Part shown: in pieces, positions 48,007-57,008 of the stretch
Layout: each line of letters starts with the position of its first letter
Numbering within the stretch: the first letter of the stretch is position 1
Assembly (NCBI GenBank): GCA_035546775.1
Contig: DASZWD010000042.1
Coordinates: 5,781-69,780, forward strand
Direction: 5' to 3'
DNA: 64,000 nucleotides
Origin: Acidimicrobiales bacterium
GTDB lineage: Bacteria; Actinomycetota; Acidimicrobiia; Acidimicrobiales; JACCXE01
Made by a program: the position numbers and the translations under genes
The notes under the pieces: generated by a model
What the model saw: the letters and a program-made list of their open reading frames with translations, nothing else
Told to the model about the DNA's origin: nothing
Databases searched by the model: none

Positions 48007-49064
48007 CGCGGCGGCGGGAAGAAGCGTTCGACGATCTCGCCGAAGCGCGCCGCGATCGAGCCCGGCGGCGGCGGGCCGCACCACCACTGCTCGAACATCT
48101 CCGCCGTCGCCTCGAGCCGATTCGTCGTGGCGTACGCCGTCACCTCGCGGGCGAGCGTCGCAACGGCCACTGGGTCGCCGAATACGTGCTCGATGGTGTC
48201 GTGGCCGAAGAGTTCGCCCACCGCCCGCCGGAACTCGATCGACTCGGCGTAGCGCTCGTTCTGCCACGCCAGCTCGATCTTGTGCCACAGCTCGTGCGCC
48301 ACGGTGACGTCGAGCGGCGTCCACGGCGCCGGCGCCGTGAAGCCCGTCGCGTACGTCGGCGTGCCCGCGGCCTCGCTCTGCCGGCGCCGGATCGCCGCGT
48401 TCATCTCGTCGGTGCCCGACGCGTACGCGAAGTTGGCGTTGAGGTGGATGACGCCGAGCATCGGCGCCGCCGCGCCTGCGGTCTTGCCCTCCGACATCCC
48501 GTGCGCGCTGTGGTCGAACGAGAGGGTGCGGACGTGGTCGACGGCGCGACCGAAGCGCGCCCGCACCCGCATGGTCGTGTCGACGGCGAGGGCGATCGCC
48601 TCGGCGTTGAGGTCGTCGCGCTGCGGCACTGCGGCCACGATCACCGCTCCCCCGTCGTCGGGGGCGACCTCGACGCGCGTCATCCCGCCCACGCCCGACA
48701 CCAGATCGGCAACGACACCGCGCCAGCGCGACTGGCGCCGCAGGAGGGCATGCGTGCCCGGCAACAACGCGTCGAGCTCGTCGAGGAAGCCTGGGCGGGC
48801 GTTGCCGGTCAGTGCCAGCGGTGCCCGCAGACCGCCCGTGAACCCACGCGCCCTCGCCTCGTAGCGCAGCACCAACGAGGCGGAATCAAGCGTGGTGACA
48901 CCGGAGGCGACGAGGTGGTCGAGCACCGCGGCCACGACGGGACGCGGCGACGTGCCGACCGTTATCGCGACGCGCTCCTCGGTCCGGCGGTAGACCGCCA
49001 CCGTCGCCCCGTCGAGACTGACGACGGTCGCACCGTCGTCGTCGCGAAAGGCGAGGCCGGTCAC
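48003..49064 (-). CDS. Hypothetical protein with gluzincin-type metalloprotease motifs (HELWH ... EATAE)
   Basis: HELWH encoded at 48282-48296. YATTNRLEATAEMFEQW follows 56 residues later. GTG start at 49064 (GTGA overlap with the Rieske stop). The N-terminal ~200 aa are unrecognised. Confidence 0.6.
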   Translation of the reverse strand: MTGLAFRDDDGATVVSLDGATVAVYRRTEERVAITVGTSPRPVVAAVLDHLVASGVTTLDSASLVLRYEARARGFTGGLRAPLALTGNARPGFLDELDALLPGTHALLRRQSRWRGVVADLVSGVGGMTRVEVAPDDGGAVIVAAVPQRDDLNAEAIALAVDTTMRVRARFGRAVDHVRTLSFDHSAHGMSEGKTAGAAAPMLGVIHLNANFAYASGTDEMNAAIRRRQSEAAGTPTYATGFTAPAPWTPLDVTVAHELWHKIELAWQNERYAESIEFRRAVGELFGHDTIEHVFGDPVAVATLAREVTAYATTNRLEATAEMFEQWWCGPPPPGSIAARFGEIVERFFPPPR

Positions 49065-50134
49065 GCCTCGAAGGTCAAGCGGTCGGCGCCCTCGACGAGA
49101 TCGTCGAGGTTCGCCTGCTGCTTTTCTTCGGCGCGCTCGGCTTGGCGCAGCAGTCGCCAGATGGCCGCGCCCAGCAAGTCGAGGTCGGTCGACGCGAAGC
49201 GTTCGCCGCCGAAGCGGTCGATGTTGCGCGACTGCGCCTTCATGGCGTTCTTGTCCTGGCGCAGCACCATGCGGCCCTGGGCGTTGACGATCGGCGCCAG
49301 CACCTTGGCCGGCAGCGGGGTCCACCAGCGGAAGACGAACCAGGCGCGCGTCAGCGTCGGCGACACCGGCAGGTGGATCACGTTGTTCCAGATCTCGAGC
49401 CAGTCTTCCACGCGGTATTCGACCTGGGCCACGCACGGCATGACGAAACGATCCCAGTGCTGGAACGTCTTGTTCGCCAGCGGCCCGCCCTGGATCGGCC
49501 CGAGGCCGACGGGTTCGCCGAGAAACTCGACCTCGACGCCGCCGTCGAAGTCGCGACGCACGGCGGTGAGTTCCTTCAGCCGCTTGCCGCGGAAGATGCC
49601 CTTGTGCAGGAACGCCGTGTGGGGCACGTCGAGGGTGTTCTCCAGCGCGGCGTGCAGCGTGGCGTCGAGGTCGCACGGAAACACGACCTGGCCGACCTGC
49701 CACCGCTTGCGCCCGGCGCGCAGCAGTTGCGGCATGCGGAACGGATCGCGCGTCGGCGCCTGACCCGCCGCCGCCCACACCCACACGAAACCGTCGGCTT
49801 CGACCGCGGCGTGGTGCGACACGTTGCGCGCCGTCGCCGTTGCCGCGTCGCCTTCGTAGAGACCGGGCACGGCGCGGCACTCACCGTCGCCGTTGAAGCG
49901 CCACCCGTGGTACGGGCACTCGAGGCACCCGTCGTCGTGCACGCGCCCTTCGGACAGCGCGGCGTTGCGGTGCGGGCAGCGGTCAAGTACCGCACGCGGC
50001 GAGCCGCTGGCGTCTCGAAAGATCGCCAGCGGCTCGTCCATCAGCGTGACGGCAACCGGTTTGTTGCGTCGAAGGTCCTTCGACTGGCAGACCGGATACC
50101 AGTACTGCTTGGGAAAGGCGACCGAACGGGTCAG
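49061..50134 (-). CDS. Rieske [2Fe-2S] non-heme iron oxygenase, VanA/PaO-like (start probably a non-canonical CTG at 50134; the first ATG is at 50041)
   Basis: CPHRNAALSEG...CPYHGWRF Rieske motif and LDVPHTAFLH iron-site region. The conserved FPKQYWYPVCQSKDL N-terminal strand is encoded upstream of the first ATG. Confidence 0.8.
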   Translation of the reverse strand: MTRSVAFPKQYWYPVCQSKDLRRNKPVAVTLMDEPLAIFRDASGSPRAVLDRCPHRNAALSEGRVHDDGCLECPYHGWRFNGDGECRAVPGLYEGDAATATARNVSHHAAVEADGFVWVWAAAGQAPTRDPFRMPQLLRAGRKRWQVGQVVFPCDLDATLHAALENTLDVPHTAFLHKGIFRGKRLKELTAVRRDFDGGVEVEFLGEPVGLGPIQGGPLANKTFQHWDRFVMPCVAQVEYRVEDWLEIWNNVIHLPVSPTLTRAWFVFRWWTPLPAKVLAPIVNAQGRMVLRQDKNAMKAQSRNIDRFGGERFASTDLDLLGAAIWRLLRQAERAEEKQQANLDDLVEGADRLTFEA

Positions 50135-51330
50135 ACGGCCACCTTCTCGAGGATGTGAATGCCACAGGCATTGCCGAGGCCGATGACGTGGGCGAGACCG
50201 ACCTTGGCGCCCTCGATCTGACGGTCGCCCGCCTCACCGCGCAGGTGATGGCAGACCTCCCAGATATTGGCGATGCCGGTCGCGGCGATCGGGTGACCCT
50301 TCGACTCGAGGCCACCGGACACGTTCACCGGCGTCTTGCCGTCGCGCCACGTCGCACCCGAGTTGAAGAAGTCCGCCGCGCCGCCCTCTTCGCACAGACC
50401 GAGATTGTCGTAGTGGACGAGCTCGGCGGTGGCGAAACAGTCGTGCAGCTCGACGAGGTTGAGGTCTTCGGGACCGACACCCGCCTGCTCGTAAGCCTGC
50501 TTGGCCGCCAGCTTCGTGAGCGTGTTGACGTCGGGCAGCACCTGGCACGCCTCTTCGTACGGGTCGGTCGTCAGGATCGACGCTGACACCTTGACGGCGC
50601 GGCGCTGCTGCTCGAGCGACAGCGTCTTGAGCTTGGTGCCGCTCACGACGACCGCGGCGGCGGCGCCGTCGCAGTTGGCCGAGCACATCGGGCGCGTGTT
50701 CGGGTAGGCGATCATCACGTCGTTCATGATCTCTTCGAGCGTCATGCGCTTCGTGTACGCCGCGAGCGGGTTGAGCGTCGAGTGCGCGTGATTCTTCTCG
50801 CTGATCTTGGCGAACAGTTCGAAGGACGTGCCGCCGTACTTGTGGCCGTACTCCTGGCCGATCTGGGCGAACACGCCCGGCATCGTGTTGGTGCCGATGC
50901 GCCCGTCGGTGCCGGCGACGGAACCAAAGCGGCCCGACGGCGTGTACTCCTTCTTGTCACTGCGCGGCGCGTTGCCGCCGAGCAGGCCCGCGCCGGCGAG
51001 CTTCTCGACGCCGACGGCGAGGCCGGCGTCGGTCTCGCCCGCCTTGATCGCCATGATGGCGGTGCGCAGCGCGGTGGCGCCGGTGGCGCACGCGTTGGAC
51101 ACGTTGTAGACGGGGATGCCCGTCTGGCCGATCTGCTTCTGCAGCATCTGGCCCGAGTTCTGGCCCATCAGGTTGCCGAAGCCGAGGATCCCGATTTCCT
51201 TCATCGAGATGCCCGAGTCGGCGATCGCGCCGAGGGCGGCCTCGGAGGCGAGGTCGATGATGTCCTTGTCCGGGTGCTTGCCGAACTTCGTCATCGTGAT
51301 GCCGAGGATGTAGATGTCGTCAGTCGCCAT
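50131..51330 (-). CDS. Thiolase-like / SCP-x-type lipid-transfer protein
   Basis: DIYILGITMTKFGKH...NVSNACATGATAL...GHPIAATG.... Paired with a DUF35 gene upstream. Confidence 0.88.
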   Translation of the reverse strand: MATDDIYILGITMTKFGKHPDKDIIDLASEAALGAIADSGISMKEIGILGFGNLMGQNSGQMLQKQIGQTGIPVYNVSNACATGATALRTAIMAIKAGETDAGLAVGVEKLAGAGLLGGNAPRSDKKEYTPSGRFGSVAGTDGRIGTNTMPGVFAQIGQEYGHKYGGTSFELFAKISEKNHAHSTLNPLAAYTKRMTLEEIMNDVMIAYPNTRPMCSANCDGAAAAVVVSGTKLKTLSLEQQRRAVKVSASILTTDPYEEACQVLPDVNTLTKLAAKQAYEQAGVGPEDLNLVELHDCFATAELVHYDNLGLCEEGGAADFFNSGATWRDGKTPVNVSGGLESKGHPIAATGIANIWEVCHHLRGEAGDRQIEGAKVGLAHVIGLGNACGIHILEKVAV

Positions 51331-51342
51331 GTCGCTGTCTCC

Positions 51343-51738
51343 TTAAGAAATGGGCTCGTAGCCGAAGCCGATGGCCTCGACGCCGTCGTCGTCGGTGCCG
51401 ACCAGATACGTGGCGAGGCGAACCTTCATGCCGGTCTGGACGTGCTCGGGATCAGGCTCGGTGTTGATCACGTTGCCGCGCACCGACACGCCGTCGCAGT
51501 CCACGACGCCGGCCACGAACGGCACCGGAATACCGGGCGCCGCCAGCGACACGATCGTGAACGTGCGCAAGATGCCCTCGTTGGCGATCTCCTGCATCGT
51601 GAATTCGGTGTTGGAGCACGAAGCGCAGGCGTTGCGGCGGTCGAAGAAGATCGCTCCGCACGACGTGCACTTGTGGCCCACGAGATGAGGGTTGTCGCCG
51701 AGCACCAAGTAATCGACGAGCGGGATCTGCTTAGCCAT
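51343..51738 (-). CDS. DUF35 OB-fold / Zn-ribbon protein
   Basis: ...LVGHKCTSCGAIFFDRRNACASCSN... (Cys4 ribbon), followed by an OB-fold-like C-terminus. Confidence 0.86.
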   Translation of the reverse strand: MAKQIPLVDYLVLGDNPHLVGHKCTSCGAIFFDRRNACASCSNTEFTMQEIANEGILRTFTIVSLAAPGIPVPFVAGVVDCDGVSVRGNVINTEPDPEHVQTGMKVRLATYLVGTDDDGVEAIGFGYEPIS

Positions 51739-51822
51739 AGGCAGATCGTTGCATACCCAACGGTATGGCGCACATGCGGCGGCGGTCGCAACGCCGTTAG
51801 CCTGGCGGATCGGGGGCGGTCA

Positions 51823-54800
51823 ATGGACTTCTTCGTACTTGGCAATCTCATGGCGGTAGGCACCGACGGCGACGTCGACCTCAGCCGGCCGGCACTGTGC
51901 GTGCTGCTCTCGCTCTTGCTGCTCCGGGTCAACCAGACGACCTCGAGTGATCGCCTGATGGAGGAAATGTGGCCCCGCGGGGTGCCCGCGTCGGGACTCG
52001 ACACGCTGCGAGCACACATATCCCGCCTACGGCGAGCGCTGCGATTGGCCGAGCCGGGTGCCGAGACGACGCTGGTCAGCCTGCACGGTGGCTACCAGCT
52101 CCGCGCCGAACCCCATTCCCTGGACGCACGGAGATTCGAGGACCTGGCGAACGAGGGACACGCGCTGCTCGGCCGCGGTGCGGCCGCCCGCGCCCGCGAC
52201 TCCCTCGTAGCCGCCTTGTCGCTGCACCGGGGACCGCCGTACGCGGAGATCGCCGAGCTGGACGCAACGCGGGCAGAGATCGCGCGCCTCGAAGCCTTGC
52301 GCCGAACGGCAGAAGAGGACCTGGTCGAGGCGCGGCTGGATCTGGGCGACCACCCCGCGGCGGTCGCAGACAGCGAACGGCTCGTTGCCCTCGAACCGTT
52401 GAGCGAGCGCCGCGTCGGTCAATTGATGCGATCGCTGTACGCCAACGGTCGCCAGGTCGAGGCGCTGCGGACGTACGACGCGTTCCGTCGCTCGCTCAAC
52501 GAGGACCTCGGACTCGATCCTGGGCCGCAGCTGCGGCAGCTGGAGCAGGCCATCCTGCTGCAGCAACCTGAGCTGCTGGGCGCCGTCGGCCGCCGCGGCC
52601 GTGGACGCGACAGTGCCCGCCGGCCACGGAAGGCGACGGTGAACTGGCCGCCGCCGCCGCCCGGCCAGCTGGCGCGCCTGCGCCGCGGCCTCTTCGTCGG
52701 GCGCGAAGACGAACTTGGCTCCCTGCGCGCGTTCGTTGCCGAGGTTGCCGCCGGCGAGCGGCGGTTGTTCGCGCTCGAGGCCGAGGCGGGCATGGGCAAG
52801 ACCCGCCTCTTGGCCGAGATCGTCGTGCCGGCGGACGCGGCGGTGCTGGGTCTCTACGCCCGCGCCGACGACGAGTTGGTCGTGCCTTACCAGCCGGTCG
52901 CCCAGGCGCTCGACTGGCTCGCCGCCGCCACGCCCGAGGGCGTGCTCGACGAACTGGACGGGTCCACGGCAGGAGTGCTGGCGACGCTGTTACCGGCCCT
53001 CGGCCGGCGACGGCCCGGGGCGACTCCTCTCGCGGCGGAACCCGAAACGGAGCGCTACCGGCTGTTCGAGGCGATCCGACTGCTCCTCGAGGGTGCGGGC
53101 CGCGACTTCGCGACGTTGCTCATCGTCGACGACGCCCACGCGGCGGACCGCGAAACCGTTCGCCTTCTTCGGTATCTCCTCGGTCACAATTCCTCGGTCG
53201 GCCTCGGAGTAGTGCTGTCTTATCGGGGTGAACTGCTCCAGCGCGACGGACCCCTGCACGCGCTGATCGACGACGCGGAACGCCAGGGTCAGCTGCGCCG
53301 GAGTCACTTACGCGGGCTGGACCGCAGCGCCGTCGAGCAGCTTGCCCGCGACGCCGCCGAGGCCGAACTACCCGCCGAGACCTTGACCAGCATCGCGACC
53401 AGCTCGGGCGGCAACCCGCTCTTCATCAGCGAGTTGCTCCACCACGTCACCGACGGTCATCTGGCTACGGGACTGCCGCCACGTCTCACCTCGACGATCG
53501 AGCAGCGGATGGAACGCCTGAGCGCGCCGTGCCGGGCGGTGCTCGACCTCGCCGCGACCGCCGGCCACGAGTTCACGCTCGCCGTTCTCGTGCGCGCTTC
53601 GGATCTGACAGAGGACGACGTGCTGCGCGCGTTGGAGGAAGCGTTCGCGGCGAACATCGTCGTGGAACTTCCGGGCCAGGTCGGGCAGTACACCTTCGCC
53701 CATCCGCTTGTCGGCGAGGTCCGCTACGCCGCCTTGAGCACCACGGCGCGGGCCCGCCTCCACCGCGAGGTGTTGCGCGCGCTCGAGGCCGACCCTGCGC
53801 CCGCGATCTCGGCGGGTGAACTCGCGCGCCACGCCGTACGCGCCGTTCCACTGCTTGAGCCGGCGAAGGCCGTCGCACTGTGCCGGCAAGCCGGGGAGGA
53901 CGCGCTCGTGGTCGCCGGCTTCGACGAGGCGCGCGTCCACTTCGAGCAGGCGCTCGAACTTGTCGTCGCGTACGACAACGACGCCGCCCAACGCGCCGAG
54001 CTGTTGCTGGCGATCGGCACCGCCCAGGCGGTCTCCACGGAGGACGAACTCGCCAGCGACGTCTTTCGGCGCGCCGCCGATGCGGCGCGTGAGGCGTCGC
54101 GGCCCGATCTCCTGGCGGCGGTGGCGCTGGGATTGCGGTCCACCTACGCCGGTGAGCTCTACGGCTTTGCATCGGTCGGCTCGGCCGACACCGAACTCGT
54201 GGCGCTGCTCGAGGAGGCGTTGGCCGCGTTGCCGCCCGACGCCGAAGCGCAGCGCAGTTTGCTGCTGAGTCGCCTGGCTCAGACCCGATACTGGGACGCG
54301 CCCGTCGACCTGCGTCTCGCCTGGACCAACGAGGCCGTGGCGATTGCGGAACGTCTCGGGGATCCGCGCGTATTGGGCATCGCGCTCGTGGGCCGTCGCT
54401 ACGCCACGTGGAAGGCGGGCGACGGTGAGCACCGCGCTCGCAACGCGGAGCGCCTCGTCGAGTTCGGCCGCCAAGCCGGCGCCGCCGATCTGCAGATGGA
54501 AGGCCTGCGGTGGTTGATCTTCGACCAGCTCGAAGCCGGTAACGCCGAAAGCCTCGATTCCACGGTAGAGCTGCACTACCGCCTGGCGGCCGAGCTGCGC
54601 CGCCCGGTGTATCGGGGCTACGCCGAGCTCTCTTTGGCGATGCTGGCCTTGCTGCGCGGCAACTTCGCCGAGAGCCGCTCGGTCGGCCAGCGCGCGCACG
54701 TCGTCTTGCGCGAAGCGGGAATGCGACTCGCCAATTCGCTCTACAGCGCCCAGGTCATGGTCCACAACTGGGACACCGGCGACTTGCACTCCCTCGCCGC

Positions 54801-55347
54801 GGAGTTGGCGGCGATCGCCGACGAAGTGACCGACCTCGCAGCGGTCGAGTGCGGGCTCGCGTTCATCTCAGCCGAGACCGGCGACCTCGACGGCGCCCGT
54901 TCGCTCCTGGCCGATCTGTCGAAGGACGGGTTCGCTGCTGTCGGGGACGACGTCAGTGCCAGCGCGGCGCTGGCCATGCTCTCGGTGGCGGTCCACCGCG
55001 TCGGCGACGCCGACGCCGCCGAGTCACTGGTCCGTCGCCTGACACCACTGGCCGGCACCAACATCGTCGTGGGTCCGCCCGCCGCAGCTTGCCTGGGCCC
55101 GGCGGACTTCTATCTCGGCTTACTGGCCGACTGCCGCGGGTCGCTGCCCGAGGCGGTGAAGCACTTCGACGCGGCGGTGCGCCTCGCCGACGGCATGGGG
55201 GCGCGTCCGATGCAAGCTCGCGCCCGGAGCGAATTCGCGGCAGCACTGAGTCGTGGCAACACCCAGCAACGCCGGCGGGCCGCCGCGCTGCGCGCCCATG
55301 CGGTGGACCTTGCGACCACGCTCGGCATGGCGGCGCTGATCAGCTGA
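51823..55347 (+). CDS. SARP/AfsR-type regulator: OmpR-like winged helix + BTAD + NB-ARC-type P-loop NTPase + TPR region
   Basis: ...LLLLRVNQTTSSDRLMEEMWP...LDTLRAHISRLRRAL (wHTH). BTAD ...YAEI..LD..RAE..RLE.LR..A.E. P-loop EAEAGMGKTRLL. Start trimmed to the ATG at 51823. Confidence 0.86.
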   Translation: MDFFVLGNLMAVGTDGDVDLSRPALCVLLSLLLLRVNQTTSSDRLMEEMWPRGVPASGLDTLRAHISRLRRALRLAEPGAETTLVSLHGGYQLRAEPHSLDARRFEDLANEGHALLGRGAAARARDSLVAALSLHRGPPYAEIAELDATRAEIARLEALRRTAEEDLVEARLDLGDHPAAVADSERLVALEPLSERRVGQLMRSLYANGRQVEALRTYDAFRRSLNEDLGLDPGPQLRQLEQAILLQQPELLGAVGRRGRGRDSARRPRKATVNWPPPPPGQLARLRRGLFVGREDELGSLRAFVAEVAAGERRLFALEAEAGMGKTRLLAEIVVPADAAVLGLYARADDELVVPYQPVAQALDWLAAATPEGVLDELDGSTAGVLATLLPALGRRRPGATPLAAEPETERYRLFEAIRLLLEGAGRDFATLLIVDDAHAADRETVRLLRYLLGHNSSVGLGVVLSYRGELLQRDGPLHALIDDAERQGQLRRSHLRGLDRSAVEQLARDAAEAELPAETLTSIATSSGGNPLFISELLHHVTDGHLATGLPPRLTSTIEQRMERLSAPCRAVLDLAATAGHEFTLAVLVRASDLTEDDVLRALEEAFAANIVVELPGQVGQYTFAHPLVGEVRYAALSTTARARLHREVLRALEADPAPAISAGELARHAVRAVPLLEPAKAVALCRQAGEDALVVAGFDEARVHFEQALELVVAYDNDAAQRAELLLAIGTAQAVSTEDELASDVFRRAADAAREASRPDLLAAVALGLRSTYAGELYGFASVGSADTELVALLEEALAALPPDAEAQRSLLLSRLAQTRYWDAPVDLRLAWTNEAVAIAERLGDPRVLGIALVGRRYATWKAGDGEHRARNAERLVEFGRQAGAADLQMEGLRWLIFDQLEAGNAESLDSTVELHYRLAAELRRPVYRGYAELSLAMLALLRGNFAESRSVGQRAHVVLREAGMRLANSLYSAQVMVHNWDTGDLHSLAAELAAIADEVTDLAAVECGLAFISAETGDLDGARSLLADLSKDGFAAVGDDVSASAALAMLSVAVHRVGDADAAESLVRRLTPLAGTNIVVGPPAAACLGPADFYLGLLADCRGSLPEAVKHFDAAVRLADGMGARPMQARARSEFAAALSRGNTQQRRRAAALRAHAVDLATTLGMAALIS

Positions 55348-55360
55348 CTCGCGGCTGTGA

Positions 55361-55882
55361 CTATACGGAGACGATCTTTGCCGCAGCCGTCTTCTTCGAC
55401 AGGTCGAGAATGGCGACGGTGCCGGGGGCACTCATGGGCAGCGTCGGGCTGCCGGGATTGACGAACAGCACGCCGTCGTAGGTCACCTGCATCGGCTGAT
55501 GCGTCGCCGCGAAGGCGACCACGGCCACGTCCTGCTTGAAGCGCTTGGCCAGCAGCTTGCCCATGTCGTCGGCGAACTCGATGCCGGCGTCGCCGACGGT
55601 GATCTTCTTGTCCGGCTGGGCGAGGTTGAACGTCAGGCCGACGTTCTCGACGGTGTAGACACCCGGGTCCGCCGACCCGCTGAGGTGGTAACCCTTGCGG
55701 TCGTCGGTCTGCACCATGACCGGCGCCACCTCGGCGAGGCGATCGAGGCAGATCTTCTTGCCGATGTCGCCGAGGTGCACGATGAGATCCACGCCCTTGA
55801 AGGCGCTGAGCACCGAGTCGGGCAGGTCGCTGCCGTCGTTCTTGCGGATGTGGGTGTCCGCGACCAATCCGATCTTCTTCAT
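55361..55882 (-). CDS. YfcE/MJ0936-type metallophosphoesterase
   Basis: MKKIGLVADTHI...LIVHLGDIG...ATHQP.... Confidence 0.84.
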   Translation of the reverse strand: MKKIGLVADTHIRKNDGSDLPDSVLSAFKGVDLIVHLGDIGKKICLDRLAEVAPVMVQTDDRKGYHLSGSADPGVYTVENVGLTFNLAQPDKKITVGDAGIEFADDMGKLLAKRFKQDVAVVAFAATHQPMQVTYDGVLFVNPGSPTLPMSAPGTVAILDLSKKTAAAKIVSV

Positions 55883-56512
55883 TTAGGGGCCCCTCCGGAT
55901 GATGCGCACCCCGCCGGGGTGGGCGCAGAAGTCGGCGGCGAGCTTGTCGTAGGCCGGCATGCCGATCTGGCGGCGCAGCGCCAACGCCTGCTCGGGATCC
56001 TTCACCGGCGTGATCGGTCGGGCGTGCCCGTCGACGCACTGCCATTGCGTGCCGTACGTCTGCGGTTCTCCGTGGGCCACTTCCACCATGTCGATCACGC
56101 GGGCGTAGACCTCGTCGGGCTTCACCTTGGCCTGCTGCATCAGGTCGACGGCGTGGGCCTGGAAGTCGGTGTCGGCCGAGCGTTCCACGATGCTCAGGGC
56201 TGCGTGCACCGCCTCGCTGCCGACCTGCTGCTCGGTGGGCCACCCGTGGGCGTCGAGAATCGCCTTGAGCTTGGTGGTGTTGGCGGCGTCGAGGGCCAGC
56301 GCGTCTTTGCCCTGATTGCGCAGCAGGTCCTGGATGTCGGTGACCGACGGCGGGCCGACGCGAACCTCCGTCTTGTTCAGTTTGTCGACGGCGCGCTGCA
56401 TCGAGATCAGCTGATGTGCGGTCGCCGGATCCGTGATCGGCGGGCGAATCACGAGCGCCACGACCGCCGCCACCACGACGACCACCGCCACGGTTGCCCA
56501 ATGGGTGCGCAC
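55883..56512 (-). CDS. Membrane-anchored hypothetical protein
   Basis: N-terminal TM segment (ATVAVVVVVAAVVALVI), then a soluble domain (...ILDAHGWPTEQQVGSEAVHAALSIV...). Start uncertain (GTG at 56512 or TTG at 56557). The stop abuts the next start (TAAATG). Confidence 0.5.
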   Translation of the reverse strand: MRTHWATVAVVVVVAAVVALVIRPPITDPATAHQLISMQRAVDKLNKTEVRVGPPSVTDIQDLLRNQGKDALALDAANTTKLKAILDAHGWPTEQQVGSEAVHAALSIVERSADTDFQAHAVDLMQQAKVKPDEVYARVIDMVEVAHGEPQTYGTQWQCVDGHARPITPVKDPEQALALRRQIGMPAYDKLAADFCAHPGGVRIIRRGP

Positions 56513-56531
56513 GGCGAGCAAACTAGCGGTG

Positions 56532-57008
56532 ATGTTTGACGACCTGCTCGCGGCCAATCGCCGCTACGCCTCCAAGTTCCACGACTCCGGTGTCCCCGGG
56601 TCCGCCGCCAAGGGGCTGGCGGTGCTGACCTGTATCGACTCCCGTATCGACCCCCTCGCCATGCTCGGGCTGATCCCCGGCGACGCCAAGATCATCCGCA
56701 ACGCCGGCGCCCGCGTGACCGACGACGCGCTGCGCTCGCTCGTGCTGGCCGTGAACCTGCTCAACGTCAGCCGCATCTGCGTCGTGCAGCACACCGATTG
56801 CGCGATGTCGAAGTCGACCGATGACGAGATTCGCTCGAAGATCGGCGCCGGCGACGATTTCGCTCCGTTGGCGATGACCGACCAGACGACAGCGTTGAAG
56901 GAAGACATCGACAAGATCCGGGCGTCGAAGTACGTCCCGTCCTCCACCGAGATCGGGGGCTTCCTCTACGACGTGCGCACCGGCGAGTTGCTTCCCGCCG
57001 AGATCTAG
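56532..57008 (+). CDS. Beta-class carbonic anhydrase
   Basis: Zn ligands CIDSRIDP and VVQHTDCAM. Start trimmed to the ATG at 56532. Confidence 0.87.
   Translation: MFDDLLAANRRYASKFHDSGVPGSAAKGLAVLTCIDSRIDPLAMLGLIPGDAKIIRNAGARVTDDALRSLVLAVNLLNVSRICVVQHTDCAMSKSTDDEIRSKIGAGDDFAPLAMTDQTTALKEDIDKIRASKYVPSSTEIGGFLYDVRTGELLPAEI

Noticed and set aside
50782-51822. First 347 codons of the 1521-aa ORF that contains the SARP regulator.
   Set aside because: This part is antisense to the thiolase-like and DUF35 genes. The recognisable SARP winged-helix begins right after the ATG at 51823.
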